Origin: Dictyostelium discoideum
Lineage: Eukaryota
Direction of reading: 5' to 3'
Length of the DNA stretch: 64,000 nt
Assembly (NCBI GenBank): GCA_000004695.1
Contig: CM000152.2
Span: 3,136,001-3,200,000, forward strand
Part shown: in pieces, positions 25,432-38,731 of the stretch
Position numbering within the stretch: position 1 is the stretch's first letter
How the letters are laid out: each line of letters opens with the position of its first letter
Program-made: the position numbers and the translations under genes
Notes under the pieces: model-generated
The model's database searches: none
Seen by the model: the letters and a program-made list of their open reading frames with translations, nothing else
Told to the model about the DNA's origin: nothing

Positions 25432-26631
25432 TATGTTAAAAAAAAAAAAGAGTCGATTAAATAAAAAAGTGTATAAATCGGTATAGTTCTTATTTATTGA
25501 TAAATGTATGTTTTATTATTAGTTGATGTTGTATGTATTTGTATATTATTATTATTATTATTATTATTTATTTGAAATTTTCAATGTATGTATATATATA
25601 TAATGTAGGTAATAAGTGTTTATAGTTGTTAAATTTTTCTGTCCATGGGAGATTAAAAACGATAATATATTATATAATATATATATTCTTATCTTTTTAT
25701 TTATTCTCTATATTTAGATTTTTTATTTACAAAAAAAAAAATTACAAAAAATAAAAAAATAAGAAAAAAAAAAAAAAATAAAAAATAAAAAAATTGATAT
25801 TATTTTTTTTTAAAAAAAAAAAAAATCTTTTTTTTGTTTTTCCTTTTCTTTTTCTTTTTTTATTTATTTTTATTTTTATTTTATTTTATTTTATTTTTTC
25901 GTTGTTGTGATATTTTTATCCTTTATTATAAACAAGTTTGATTTTATTTGTTTAAATATTTATTTATTTATTTAATTAATTAATTAATTATTCTTATTTT
26001 TTTATGTTTTATGGCAAATCATTAAATAAAAATTTAATACCTCGCACAATATTTGCAATTCGCCTGGTTGAAAAAAAAAAAAAATAAAAAAATAAAAAAA
26101 TAAAAAAAAAAAATAAAAATAAAATAAAATAAATTTTCAAAATTCGTTATCCAATTTTTTTGAGTTTTACCGCTTGCTGTTTTTTTTTATTTTCACACCC
26201 CTTTCTAGTTTTGTTATTACTTCTTTTTTTAAAAAATTATTATTATTTTAATTTATTCTCAAAAAAATGAAAAAAAAAAAAATAAATAAATAAAAATATA
26301 TATACAAATAAATAAAAATAAATAAAAAACAAATAAAAAATTAAGATTAAAATTTAGTATAACCAAATATTTTTTTTTTTTCCATGTTTTTCCATGTTTT
26401 TCCAACTTTACCAAAAAAATAAAAAAATATGAATATATAAAACAACCAAGGTGACAAATTTATATTTTTTTTTCTTAATAATTTTTTTTTTTTTTTTATT
26501 TATTTATTTATATAATAATTTTTTTATTTGATTTGAAACGAATTAGCTTTTCAAATCAAAATTATTTTGTTTTGTTTTTTTTTTTTTTTAAAAGTTTATA
26601 TACATAAGAAAAGAAATGGTTTGTGGATCGG

Positions 26632-26665
<34 letters not shown>

Positions 26666-26670
26666 CTTTT

Positions 26671-26788
26671 TTATATCATTGTATCATCCATAATTAAATC
26701 ATCATTATATTGATGATTGTTTATCATGATTGAGTCATTGCTATTACTTTTATAAATACCATTGTTTAAAGTTGGATTTGGGTGCATA

Positions 26789-26824
<36 letters not shown>

Positions 26825-27072
26825 GGTGGTTGATGGATAATATATGAACCATTACCATTACTATGAGAGGATGTTTGTGATGAACGAGAGGATTGAGATG
26901 ATACTGATGAAGTTGGTGATACTATTGGTACCATTGAGACATTAGAATGATGTTGTAATTGTTGGTGTTGTAATTGTTGTTGCTTATTTTCAGTAATTGT
27001 TGGTGAAATTCTTGATATTGGTCTCTTTACAGCAGCGGTAGTTGAGGATTTATTATTAACAATATTTTGTTG

Positions 27073-27108
<36 letters not shown>

Positions 27109-28284
27109 TAAGTTTGTATTTAATGAGAACTGAATCTTTTTTTTATTATTTGGTGACAATTTTGAAGCGGCAGTTGAACGATTACTATTAGTACCTGGTG
27201 TATTTGTTAAAGATTTAATTGGAAGTGGTGAAAGTGGTGATCTTTTCTTAAGTAATGTTTTTGTTGAAAGTGCCGATGAATATGGTGATTGTGTTAAATT
27301 CTCAAGTGTTGATTTTGATTTTGGTGTTTTTGGTGTTGAAGGTGTTTGAACACTTTTAAAAACTCTTGATGATGTTGGTGTTTTTGGTCCATTATTATTA
27401 TTATTATTATTATTATTACTACTAATATTACTACTATTTATATTATTATTATTATTAAAGGTAGTTGAAGTGGATTTCTTTATTGGACCACCAACACCAT
27501 TACCATTACCATTTATATTTACATTATTACCATTATTACAATTGATAGCATTTGATTTCATTTCATCAACTTTATTTTGTTTTTCTCTTTCTTTTCTTAA
27601 CTTTTCAGTTTCTTTTAATTTCTTCTCATTATCAGCTTGTTGTTGCATAACTTCTAAATAATTAAAACCTTCATATGTAAATGGTTGACCATATGTTTTA
27701 TCCCAAATTAATAATTGTTTCTTTAAATTATCTTCAATAACTGGTAATTTTTGAAATGCTGTACTTAACTAATAATGATGATGATGATGATTATTATTAT
27801 TATTAATAAATATTTTTTTTTATTTATTTATTTTTAAAAAAAGATTTTTAAACTTACTTCTTTTTCTTTTTCAAATCTAGCACGATCGAATTTTTTACTT
27901 AATAAACGTTCTTTATCACCTAAAATAGTTTGTTCATATTCTATTTTATAATTTCTAATTGTTTCTCTTTTTTCAATTAATAAAAGTAATGGTTTTGAAA
28001 TTTCATAAAGTTTACCAACACGTGTTAGTTCCAATTCATAAAGTTCTAAAAGTTCTTCAGAATCATTATTTATATCTAAATTATTATCGATAACCAATTT
28101 CTTTAATTTTTCAATTGGTAAATGTAAATGATTATAAAATGTTTGAATCTTTTCAACCACTTTTTTAATTAAATCTGATAAACAATTATTTCTAATTTCT
28201 TCAACTCTTTCTAATTCTTCTCTACACTATAAAAATAAAATAAAATAAATAATAATTATTGAATAAGTACCAATTATAATGTAT

Positions 28285-28332
<48 letters not shown>

Positions 28333-29464
28333 TAGTTAGTTACTTACAGCTTCAATTACATCAAAACCAAGACCAGAAGTTTTTGCAAAAAAAGAATCTC
28401 TTTCATCGGTAGGTATTTCTAATTTATTCCAAAGTAAAGTGATCTGAGTAGCATATTTACAAACCATTTCTTCATGTTCGGCTTTAATAATATATAATCT
28501 ATACCTCTTTTGTTCCAATGCTGTTAGAGTAGCTTGACCAAGTGGTATTGGTGATACTTTATCAATTGTAGATTGAGTCATTAATAAAATTGATTTCTCT
28601 AATTCTGTATCTGGTGAAACTCTTAATTCTTCCCATAATTGAACAATTTCATTTGATATTTTTTGAACTTCAAAAAATAATTCATCCTATAATAATAATA
28701 ATAATAATAATAATAAATTAATAAAATAAATTAATAAAACAGCAATAAATAAATAATGAAATACCAATAAAATAAAGATTTACATACTCTTTGAGTTTTT
28801 AAAATTTTTAATTTTCTTCCAAGTGAGGATATTTTATCCATAGAGTAATCATTACCTTGCATTGCACTTTCGTCTATAGTACTTTGATGTAAATCTTTTA
28901 ATTCCATTTCTTTTGAGTAATCGTCAATTCCAGCTTCCAATTCTTCAATTATCGCCATTCTATCCTCTGTTCTTTTTCTTAATTTACTTTTTTCAATCTC
29001 AATATATTCTAATCTTTGAAAAAGTGTCATTGATGATAATGTTTGATGATTCTATATTTTTAAAATTATTTAATTAGTTCTTTAAAAAAAAAAAAAAGGA
29101 ATAAAATAAAAATTATAAAAATTATAATATTAATAATAACTACATCATTAACAGTTTCACCTAATTCAGTTGACATTGAACATAATGATTCTAAACCAGA
29201 GATAATATCTTTAATTATATCCTCTTTATATTGTTCTTCTTTTTTTAATAATGAATTATAAATTTCTATGATTTTTTCTGATGCTCTATTATTATTATAA
29301 TTATTATAAATGTATTAGTATTATTATTAAAAAAAAAAAAAAAAAAAATATTATACATACGTATCAATTTGATTTTTTCTATATGCTTGATCAATTCCTA
29401 GCTCATCCCAAATTTTAGCCACTTTGACTAAAACCTCTTTAATTATTTCGGATTCTATTGTCAT
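26671..29464 (-). CDS. PRC1/Ase1/MAP65-family microtubule bundling (cytokinesis) protein. Exons: 29464..29361, 29285..29144, 29051..28788, 28686..28348, 28226..27858, 27768..26671 (about 771 aa).
   Basis: The N terminus MTIESEIIKEVLVKVAKIWDELGIDQAYRKNQID matches PRC1 ...ALNHLREIWELIGIPEDQRLQRTEV. Further matching blocks are LFQRLEYIEIEKSKLRKRTEDRMAIIEELEAGIDDY, VQLWEELRVSPDTELEKS...YATQITLLWNKLEIPTDER, the spectrin-fold blocks YELELTRVGKLYEISKPLLLLIEKRETIRNY...ERLLSKKFDRARFEKEKE, and GFNYLEVMQQQADNEKKLKETEKLRKEREKQ. The tail is long and Ser/Thr/Asn-rich. Donors are GTATGT, GTAGTT (unusual), GTATGT, GTAAGT and GTAAGT. All phases are consistent. Confidence 0.7.
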
Positions 29465-29869
29465 TTTTTCTAGTATAAAATAAAATAAAATAAAATAAAA
29501 TAAAATATATATATAAATTTTTCTAATTAAATAAAAAATATATTATTTATTCATAAAATTATTATTATTATTATTATTATTGTTTCTTTTTTTTTTAAAT
29601 TTTTTTTTTTTTTTTTTTTAAATTATTTTATTTTATTTTATTTGTTGCTTCTTAATAATATGCCAATGAACAATTAAAATATAGTTATGAAAAATTTTAG
29701 TTTTGGAATTAAAACAAATTATTTTTTTTATTTTTTTTTTTTTTTAAAAAAAATAATGGACTTTTTTGAAAATTTAAATTTTTTAGCGGGTGAAGTGATT
29801 TAAAATTTAAAAAATAACTGTCAAAAAATTAAACAATAAAGGAATATTTTTTTGATTTTGATTTTGATT

Positions 29870-29915
<46 letters not shown>

Positions 29916-29970
29916 TTTTATTTATTAATTTATTTATTTATTTATTTATTATAATTAATTAATTAATTTA

Positions 29971-30945
29971 TTAATTTGAAATTTCTTTTAGAGTTTTATC
30001 CATTATATTTAAAATTTTAACACCAACTACTTTTGCAGTATTTATCATTTGATTTATTGTAGTTGGATCTAAACCATCGATACCACCTTTTTGAATACTA
30101 CAAATGTTTGCAAGTGAATTAACACCAACGGTTAAACGAGCATTCATACAAAGTTCTTCTTGTAATGTCGTATCGATTACGAATTGATTACCAATCTTTG
30201 TTAGAGTGACACAAATTGGTACATTATCAATTGATAATGATAATGTATCTTCTGGGTCGTCAGACACTTCAAATGTAATCTCTTCATATTCGCCTTGAAT
30301 TGCTTTCACTCTTGGTATTCTTGTATTTTGTAAGGCAGATCTACATGCAATTGATAATGCATCAAATAAATTACCATCTGAATCCAAAACAATTGCATCA
30401 ACATATAATGTCCAATAATATTTACCTGAAACAATTGAAAAACAATTATCATCACCACTATTTGTTATAATATCTCCTTCTTTTTCTTTTTCTTTTCCCT
30501 CCTCTGCTTCTTTTATTTTATTATTATTATTATTATTATTTGATATAATTGGATTTGTTAATTTTAAATTTTTAATAACATTTGGATGTGAATATAATCT
30601 TTCTAATTGTTTTGATAATTCTATATTTAAAAATTCTGATCCTTTTCCTTCAAATTCTGGTGATGCTGATGGACAACAATTCACCGAGAATACTAATCTC
30701 TTTGATGTATCTGATTGTTGTAAATTTGATGTGATCTCTGATTGAATATGTGTAATCTCTGCTTTAACTCCAACCAATACTTCGGTTTGTGATAACTTTA
30801 CTCTTGCTGACCCATTTGCATGTATAATCTCACCAGTTTCAATTGCAAAATTTCTATAATCTACACGATTTCTACCATCACTTCTAATATTATTTTCAAC
30901 ACCTTGCTGTATAAATAATGATTCTGATGGTGATATCTTTTGCAT
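29971..30945 (-). CDS. Exosome complex component RRP42 (EXOSC7-like), RNase PH fold. Single exon, 324 aa.
   Basis: The blocks GSARVKLSQTEVLVGVKAEI, CCPSASPEFEGKGSEFLNIELSKQLERL, YWTLYVDAIVLDSDGNLFDALSIACRSALQNTRIPRV and SLSIDNVPICVTLTKIGNQFVIDTTLQEE align with human EXOSC7 blocks GSARVKLGHTDILVGVKAEM, NTRIPRV and RLSVENVPCIVTLCKIG. Confidence 0.85.
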   Translation of the reverse strand: MQKISPSESLFIQQGVENNIRSDGRNRVDYRNFAIETGEIIHANGSARVKLSQTEVLVGVKAEITHIQSEITSNLQQSDTSKRLVFSVNCCPSASPEFEGKGSEFLNIELSKQLERLYSHPNVIKNLKLTNPIISNNNNNNNKIKEAEEGKEKEKEGDIITNSGDDNCFSIVSGKYYWTLYVDAIVLDSDGNLFDALSIACRSALQNTRIPRVKAIQGEYEEITFEVSDDPEDTLSLSIDNVPICVTLTKIGNQFVIDTTLQEELCMNARLTVGVNSLANICSIQKGGIDGLDPTTINQMINTAKVVGVKILNIMDKTLKEISN

Positions 30946-31017
30946 TGTGTTGTATTGTGTTTTTTTTATTTTACAAAGTTTTGATTAAATTCGATGCCTT
31001 TTTTTTTTTTTCGTTTT

Positions 31018-31065
<48 letters not shown>

Positions 31066-31510
31066 CAAAATTATTTTTATTTTTTTTAATTTTTTATTTT
31101 TTTTAATTTATTTTTATTTTTATTTTTATTTTTTATTTCTTTAAATCTTGGAAAATTAATAAAAAAAAAAGAAAAAAAATAAAAAGAAGAGATAATTCAA
31201 TAATACATTTTTAAAAAATAAAAATAAAAAAAAAAAAAAAAAATTATTGTGACCTAAATCAAATTAAAAAATAAAAAAAAATAAAATAAAAATAAATTAT
31301 TTGTTATTATTTAAATTCCAAAATAAATAAAAAAATAAAAAAGGAATATATTAAAAAGGAAATAAAAAAAAATAAAAAAAAAATGAAATCTTTTAAAAAC
31401 CTTTTACCCAATTTTATTATAAATATTTCAAACATTTTTATTTTTTTACTTTTTTTTTTAAAACAGAATTTTCAAAGCAAAAATAAAATTTTTTTTTTTT
31501 CCCACAAAAA

Positions 31511-31545
<35 letters not shown>

Positions 31546-31631
31546 TTTTTTTTTTTTTTAAAATTTATTTGTAACTTAAAAAAAAACCACTAACCAAGGG
31601 GGAGGGGGTATTCTTAAATTTATAAATAAAG

Positions 31632-32134
31632 ATGGAGGATAATGATATTAGTTTTAGTATTTTTGGAAATAGTGATGACATTTTAGATAATACAAAAAAG
31701 AGTAAATCCAATATTAATAATAGTGGCAGTAGTATCTTTGGTAATGGCAATGAAAATAATAATAATATGAACACTAATAATAATAATAGCAATCAAAATA
31801 ATAATGATATCAATTACAATAATAATAATAATAATAATAATAACAATAATAGTAACAATAGTAACAATAGTAATAATAATAATAATAATATTAACAATAA
31901 TAATAATAGAAATAATAATAACTTTAATAATAATAACAATAATAATGTTAACTACTTTGAACAAGATGTAGATTTTGGTGAAAATGCCCATTCTTCAAAC
32001 TATGGCGATAACAATAATATATTTTCAGATGAATCAAATAACTACAATAACAACAACAATAATAATGATTATAACAACAATAATTATTATGATAATAACA
32101 ATTATAATGAAAATTATAATGAAAATTATAATGA

Positions 32135-32218
<84 letters not shown>

Positions 32219-35153
32219 TAATAATAATTACTATAATGAAAATAATAATCAACAACAACTACAACAAAACTATAGCAACAATAATTACAACAATGAATAT
32301 ATAAATAACTTTAACAACAATGATAATAGTTACAACAATAATAATAATAATAATAATAATAATAGTAACTTCAACAACTACAATAATAATAATAATGGTT
32401 ATGACAATAGTTATAGTAATAGTAATAATAATAATTATTATGATAACAGTAATAACAACTCTAAAAATGATAATCAATATAACCAACAACAGCAATATTA
32501 TCAAGAAGAAGAACAACAACAACAACAACATGAAGAATTTGAAAAAGAAATTGAACAAAAAGAACAAGATTCAAGTCCAATTAATGTTAATAGAAATCCA
32601 AATAATTCAGTTATGATAAAGATTGGTGAAGTTGAAGTACCAGAGGATATTTATAATCAAAAAGTTGAAAAATGGAGAAATGATTTTAATAGTATTTTTA
32701 GAAATCTTGAAACATTGGAGATTGATTATACAAAAGCAACATTTGGTTTACCAAAAGATACAACAGTTAGAAGTATTTTTTGGAGAATTGCATTAGGTAC
32801 CTTATCAAAAGATCCAACCACTTGGGTTGAAAGAACAAATTCAAGTAGAAAGAAATATGAAACATTTAAAAAGAATTATATTATTAATCCAAGAAATTCA
32901 AAAGATCAAGATGCAGATCTTCAACAACAACAGCAACAACAACAACAACAACAAAGAAAACCAGTATCATTAATTGATGACCCATTATCACAAAGTGAGG
33001 ATAGTTTATGGAATCAATTTTTTGATAATGAAAATGCACAAAGAGAGATTAGTCATGACATTTCAAGAACGTATCCAGGTTTAGGATTTTTCGAAAGATT
33101 AGATATTCAAGATATAATGATTAGAATATTATTTATATTTAGTAAACAATATCCAAAGATTAAGTATCTTCAAGGTATGAATGAAATATTGGCACCAATT
33201 CTATACTCTGTCTACAACGATTCACATTGGTTCAATAATAGAGATGTATTCTCAAAGAAAAACTATGATAAAAAGAATAAACAATATGAACATTTCGATT
33301 TTGTATTTGATCAACAATATCAACAAGATTATTATCCAGATGGTCCAATTCAGTATCCAACCAATAGTAATAATTTTAATGGTGCTGGTAGCAGTGGCAG
33401 TGGTGGCAGTGTCTCAAGAAAGGATGGAGGTATTGGTGCTTTTCTTAGAGATCCACAATATTTCGAACATGATTCTTATTTCATTTTCGAATCATTGATG
33501 ACAATCGTTGGCAAGTGGTTTACTTCACCACCATCATCACCACAGCCACCACCAAGAGTTCAAGGCCAATTTAAGAAGCTTTATGATCTCTCTGAGCGTG
33601 ACGCCTCTGACCAAGCTGTTAATATTGTGGTTGTAGATCAATGTCTTAGAATGTTTGAAGATTTGAAATTTATTGAACCACAACTTTACAGTTACTTAAA
33701 ACAAGATCTCGGAATTGAACCTCATCTCTATTCACTTCGTTGGATTAGAATCATTTTGGCTCAAGTATTTCCATTGGATTCTCTATTGATACTTTGGGAT
33801 TCAATCTTTAAAGAATCGGTAACAGAATTCTTACCATACATCTGTTTGACAATGTTAATTATGATCAAAGATCAAATCATCGAAAAGGATTATTCCGAAT
33901 GTTTACAAGTTCTCTTTCATTATCCTGTCACTCAAGATATGCCAATGTTATTAAATACAGCTTATTCAGTCCGTGAAAAAATTCAAATGGCAAAACAACA
34001 ATACAATATTCCAATTAGTACTCCTGTATCAACACCTTTACCAACTTCTTTATCAAGACGTTCAATTAAAGCTTATCCTGTATCAACTTCTTCAACTATA
34101 GTAAATCAATCAACTACTACTAATAGTAGTAGTAGTAGTACTACTACTTCAACAACTTCTGCCAATAGAGGTTTATCACATTCTTCACAATCATATAGAT
34201 CAAGTAGTGGTAGTGGTAGTGGTAGTATTAGTAATCAAAATAAAGGAAATGGTCAATCTGGTATATTTTCATCATTCACATCAACATTTAAACAAATTAT
34301 TAATGATTTAAATGAATATAATGAAGAATTCCAATTAGCAAAAGAGAATGAACAATTAAAACAACAAAAATCAAAATTACAAAAAGAAGTTGATACATTA
34401 AAAGAGACTCAAACTCATGTCATTAGTAGATTAGAAAGAATTTTATTCTCATTTGTTGATTTTAAACAAAAACATATTCATGATCAAGATAACTTTGAAT
34501 CTGTTGATGCAATGGAAAAAGAAGTAACTTCAATCTTGAATGAAGTTTTAAATAGTCAAACAACAATTGCAAATTTAAATAACAGTAAAAATAGATTGCC
34601 AAATAAAAGTGTACAACAATCAACTATTTCACAACAATCAACTACTCCACAACAATCAATCACTCAACAAACATCTTCTCCAAATATAGTATTAAAACAA
34701 CAACAACCAATCACTGTTATTTCACAACAACAACAATCACAACAACAACAATCTCTACAACAAGAACAACAGCAATCTACCCAACAACAACAATCTACAC
34801 AACAAGAACAGCAATCTACACAACAAGAACAACAGCAATCTACACAACCACAACAATCACAACAAAATAACGATAATAGTCCATTCCAACAATATAATAA
34901 CGATAATAGACAAGAAAAAATATCATTAGAAGATGAAGTCTTTTTTGATAATCAATTTGTATCAGTTCAATCAACAAATAAAGAATTTCAATTGAAAACA
35001 TTATCACTTCCAAATGTAGAGATTCATGAAGATGATTTGGTTGAAGTTAAAACTCATGATAGTACAGTCGATGAAGATGAAGATGGTAATCCAATCACTG
35101 AACAATATAATTACAAGCAACAATTAGAAGCAAGATGGGGTTTTAATAAATAA
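31632..35153 (+). CDS. TBC-domain Rab GTPase-activating protein with a poly-Asn N-terminal region and a C-terminal coiled coil or Gln-rich region. Single exon, 1173 aa.
   Basis: The ORF is uninterrupted. TBC signatures are present: RIFWRIALG, the Arg finger ISHDISRTYPGLGFF (IxxDxxR) and the Gln finger KYLQGMNEILAPI (YxQ). An in-frame (AAT)n encodes about 35 consecutive Asn near 32150-32230. Confidence 0.8.
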
Positions 35154-35358
35154 AATAAAATAATATGACATAAAATAAAAATAATTTGAAAGAAGAAAAA
35201 AAAAAAAAAAAAATTTACTCATTGGATTATTTTTAATTATTTCTATTTATCCTTAATTTTATAATTATTTCTATTTATCTTTAATTTTTTTTTTTTTTTT
35301 ATTTTTTTTTTTTATACAGCTTATAAATTTTTTTTCTTTTTTTTTTTTCTTTTCTAAT

Positions 35359-36577
35359 TTATTCACTTAAGAATTGAAGAGCAGTAGTTTTTTCAGCAAC
35401 TAATTCTTCAGTTGTTAGATTAATTAAATTTTTACTCAAATCATCCATTTGTAAACCTTGAACGATAGTGTATTTACCATTTGCACATTTAACTGGGAAA
35501 GAAAAGATAAGACCTTCTGGAACACCATAGGAACCATCGGAATAAACACCCATTGAAACGTATTCACCTTCAGCAGTACCAAGTACCCAATCATGCATAT
35601 GATCAGTGATTGCTTTTGCAGCGGAAGCGGCAGAAGATAATTTTCTGGCGGCAATAACTGCAGCACCTCTTTTTTGAACGGTTGAAATGAATTCACCTTG
35701 TAACCATTTTTCATCTTTGATTGCAGTACTGATTGGAGTTTTACCAGTGCTAAGATTAATATAACCACAACGATAATCTGGATATTGAGTTGATGAATGG
35801 TTGCCCCAGATAATTACATTGTGGACATCCTTGACATTTACACCTGCTTTCAAGGCTATTTGAGATTTGGCACGATTTTGATCGAGACGAGTGAGACATG
35901 TAAAGTTCTCCTTTGGAATGCCATTGGCTGATACTTGTGCAATGAGTGCATTGGTATTGGCTGGATTACCAACTACCAATACTTTAACATTCTTATTTGC
36001 ATGTTCGGCGAGTGCTTTACCTTGAACTTTGAAGATTGCTGCGTTTGCTTTCAAAAGATCAGCTCTTTCCATACCTTCTCTACGTGGCATAGCACCAACT
36101 AAAATTGCATAATGTACACCAGTGAATGCTTCTTTAACATCGGCAGTTATAACTGTATCAGCGATCAATGGATATGCACCATCTTGAATCTCCATTACAA
36201 TACCTTTCAATGAGTCTACCATTTGTGGAATATCTAAAAGATGTAATTTAATACGTTGATCTAAACCAAACATATCACCTTTACATACATTGAAAATTAA
36301 TGAATATGCAATTTGACCTGCTGCACCAGTAATTAATACATTAATAACTTCATTGCTCTATTGTATTTTATTTTATTTTTTTATTTTATTTTATTTTTTT
36401 TTAATTTATATAATAATATAAATAATATTATATTATTTAAATAATATAAAATAAAATATTAATATCGGAAATTAAATATCGGACATATAATTAAAATAAT
36501 AAATAAAATGAAATTAAATTAAATTAAAAAATAAAATGAAAAATAAAATAATTAAAATAAAATAAAGTATTTACCAT
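35359..36577 (-). CDS. Cytosolic-type NAD malate dehydrogenase (MDH1-like). Exons: 36577..36575 and 36357..35359 (333 aa).
   Basis: The first exon is just ATG, followed by GTAAAT. A 218-nt AT-rich intron ends at acaatag|AGC. The spliced N terminus M|[44 protein letters not shown] matches human MDH1 [44 protein letters not shown]. Throughout there is more than 60% identity, for example [30 protein letters not shown] and [12 protein letters not shown]. Confidence 0.9.
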
Positions 36578-37382
36578 TTTATATATTTAATTATATTATA
36601 TTATATTATTTTTTTTATTTGTTTGGAAAAATTATGAAGAAGAAAAAAAAAAAAAAATTGTGAACAACACATGACCTGTTTTTTTTTTTTATTTTTTTAT
36701 TTTTTTTTTTTCAATTATTTTTTTTTAATTTTAATTTAATTTTTATTTTATTGTGCGAACCCACCAGCCCCAATTTTACTTTGATATTTTGGAATAAAAA
36801 AAAAAAAAAAAAAAAAAAGGTTGGAAAAATGTGAATTCATTGAAGATCTTTGAACACAATTGCAAACGAAAAAAATTTTATTATAATCCAAAAAAAAATG
36901 ATTTTTCATTTTTTTGGAAATTATTTATTTAAAAAAAAAAAGATATTTTTATCTTTTTTTTATCTTTTTTTTAGAACTAATAAATAAATAAAAAGTTTAT
37001 TAACCAACGATAATAAAAACAAATTCTTTTTTTTTTTTTATTTTTTTTTTTTATTTATAAACTATTTATAATTAAAAAAAAAAATAAAAATAAAAATATC
37101 CACTAAAACATTTTCAAAAAATTTAAATAAATAAAAATAATAAATAAATAAATAAATAAATTATAAAATTTTTAGGTATATCAATTTTAAAATTATAGTT
37201 AGAACCAAAAAAAAAAAAAAAAAAAAAATGAAAATTTAGTCACAAAAAAAAAAAAAAATAAAAATAAAAAAAAAAAACCAACTGATTTCCTTCGTTCGTT
37301 TTTTTTTTTTTTTTTTTTGCTTTATTTTTTTTTTTTTATTAATTTTTTTTAAACAAAAACTATATTATTAATCTTAAAAAAT

Positions 37383-38731
37383 ATGGGTGAAATACAAAGA
37401 GGTGGATTTAGAGGAGGAAGAGGTGGAGGATTTAGAGGCGGTAGAGGTGGAAGTGGTGGTGGTTTAGATAGAGGTGGAAGAGGTGGTTTCAGAGGTGGTA
37501 GAGGTGGAGGTGGTTCAGATAGAGGTGGAAGAGGTGGTTTTAGAGGCGGTAGAGGTGGAAGTGGTGGTGGTTCAGATAGAGGTGGTAGAGGTGGCTTCAG
37601 AGGTGGATTTAGAGGTGGTAGAGGTGGGGGTGGTTCAGATAGAGGAGGTAGAGGTGGATTTAGAAATGGTGGTAGAGATGGATTTAGAAATGGTGGAAAA
37701 GATAATGAAGATAGTTTCAAAAAAAGTGAAGAAAATAACAACAACCAAGCAACAGCTATTAAAAAAACAAATAATAAAAGATCAGCTGATGATTTAGATG
37801 ATAATATCGATACAACTTGGAAGAAACAAAAGTTTGAAGTTGACCCAAATAATGAATTTGAAAACACAAGTGATATTGAAACTGAAGGGGGTGATGATAA
37901 AAAAGCCACTAAAAAACAACCAAAACCACCAAGAAAAACACCAAAACAAAAGAATTTAGGTGATTTAGATCCAAGTATTGAATTTATGTCAAAAGAGAAT
38001 CAAGCAATCATGTTTACAAGAAAGAATGCAGAATTTTTAAAATTAAATACATCAAATGCTACCTCATTCAAAGAATCACATTTTATTGAACCAAAGGCAG
38101 ATATTGAAGATTTATCAAATTTCATTAAATCAATTCATCCATTATTACATACATATCCTGATAGAAAGAAATATAAAGTTCAAAATGGTGCACCACTAGT
38201 TATAATTGCAACTTGTTCTGCAACTAGAGCAATTGGTATTTCAAAGTAAGATTTTTTTTTTTTTTTTTTTATTTATTTATTTTATTTATTATGTATATAA
38301 ATAAATAATAGTTTTATTAACTTTTTTTATTTTTTATTTATTTATTTAGAGTTTTAAGTGAATTTAATATATTTACAAAAGTTGGATTATATTTTGCAAA
38401 ACATAAAAAGATTGAAGAACATACAGAAGTATTAAATAATTATCCAGTTAGAATTATTGTTGGTACACCAAATAGATTATTAAAATTAGTTGAGAATGGT
38501 TCATTAAAACTTAAAGGTTCAGTATTAGTTCAAGGTGATAAAAAACAACAAGCTCAAAATGCACTCATTGAAACTGATGAGGAAACTCGTTATTTAATCA
38601 TTGATAAAAGTTTTAAAACCTTAAAAGGTGAAGATTTATTCAGAATCAGTGGTACTGATTTATTTGAATTTTTCGATAAATCTTGTAAAGAGTTAGTTTT
38701 ATCTGGTAAAATGAAAGTATCAATAGTTTAA
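37383..38731 (+). CDS. CMS1 (CMSS1)-like protein with an N-terminal RGG/GAR repeat domain. Exons: 37383..38245 and 38350..38731.
   Basis: The N terminus has about 9 tandem GGFRGGRGG(SGGGSDRGGRGG) repeats. The C-terminal region PLVIIATCSATRAIGISK|VLSEFNIFTKVGLYFAKHKKIEEHTEVLNNYPVRIIVGTPNRLLKLVENGSLKLKG resembles the helicase-like fold of CMSS1 (..CLIVTSSALRAVEL...KLFAKHFKVEEQ...LGVGTPGRI). The donor is AA|GTAAGA (phase 2). The acceptor is tttatttag|A. Confidence 0.55.

Noticed and set aside
31683-32616. Several 74-109-aa poly-Ile, poly-Asn or poly-Thr ORFs on both strands inside the TBC RabGAP gene.
   Set aside because: They are alternative-frame and antisense readings of the (AAT)n/(ATT)n coding tract. 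The long plus-strand ORF with TBC motifs explains the region.
35436-35768. 110-aa minus-strand ORF in a second frame within the MDH gene.
   Set aside because: The MDH frame is unambiguous by homology.
37349-37909. 186-aa proline-rich ORF on the minus strand (PPLPPLSEPPPP...).
   Set aside because: It is the exact antisense of the GGT/AGA-rich RGG repeat array of the plus-strand gene. It is a repeat-composition artefact with no independent support.
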